DNA of 34,634 nucleotides from a virus (taxonomy: Duplodnaviria; Caudoviricetes), in the IMG/VR virus record IMGVR_UViG_3300033076_001468, positions 1 to 34,634 of that record; one strand, 5' to 3'. Of the stretch, positions 34,472 through 34,634 are shown in pieces. How positions within the stretch are numbered: position 1 is the stretch's first letter; each line of letters begins with the position of its first letter. Position numbers and translations under genes: made by a program. The notes below the pieces were generated by a model. That model saw only the letters and a program-made list of their open reading frames with translations, made no database searches and was not told the origin of the DNA.

Positions 34472-34634
34472 ATGGACATAGCTCCCCCCTCAAAAAATAA
34501 CGAAATTGGGCCTCTAAATAAGTTTTTAAAATTTAAGGAGGGTTATGTCGAAATCTGCATTCCTTTGTTCACTGCATCGGAAGCGAATGGAGGGGTTAAA
34601 AAATCGTATCGCAGCGGAGGAAAAACTCGGTACA
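34472..34634 (+). CDS. RusA-like resolvase, 5' part (joins 1-317; 159 aa in total if ATG 34472 is the start)
   Basis: EICIPLFTASEAN...RYK|AEQWWDKAKRHRQQK reads through the window junction. Confidence 0.7.
   Translation, partial: MDIAPPSKNNEIGPLNKFLKFKEGYVEICIPLFTASEANGGVKKSYRSGGKTRY

Larger units (their letters stand above)
1..34634. mobile_element. Complete (circularly permuted) tailed dsDNA bacteriophage genome, podovirus/P22-like gene order
   Basis: Terminase, portal, scaffold, capsid, adaptor, nozzle, ejection and fibre genes plus recombination and replication modules; no host housekeeping genes; the ORF at the right end continues in frame into base 1; no tape-measure or sheath gene. 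Confidence 0.92.

Noticed and set aside
1-34634. tRNA genes, alternative genetic code, introns/inteins in terminase or capsid genes
   Set aside because: No cloverleaf with a T-loop was seen in the few intergenic gaps; core genes are full length and tightly coupled under the standard code, with no obvious insertions.

Overview
The window is most likely one complete, circularly permuted tailed dsDNA phage genome of podovirus/P22-like architecture. The reading frame at the right end runs without a break into base 1 and rebuilds an intact RusA-like resolvase. Layout: a rightward early/replication operon (31976 to the end, then 1-876: Cro-like HTH, initiator with internal iterons, SSB-like protein, RusA-like protein); a leftward recombination operon (31860-29775: ERF, YqaJ, lipoprotein, membrane protein); a leftward accessory operon (5698-873: three exported proteins, a structured non-coding stretch, a degenerate HNH, a RanBP2-type zinc finger, a metallophosphoesterase, a sigma-70 region-4 protein); a rightward head, tail and ejection module (5911-22141); a leftward cassette of an RHH regulator plus seven micro-ORFs (23348-22127); and a rightward tail-fibre module (23459-29783). 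I could not recognise an integrase, CI-type repressor, ParA, polymerase, helicase or endolysin. The most unusual features are: (i) a predicted counter-transcribed antisense RNA over the initiator leader; (ii) a second, DnaA-box-like origin signature inside the virion module; (iii) the micro-membrane-peptide cassette at the P22 immI/sieA position, where two peptides share an identical 17-aa tail; (iv) a convergent paralog pair at an operon collision point. Indirect hints point to an environmental Chlamydiae-like host, but that is inference only. All family assignments come from motif recognition by eye; no searches were run.
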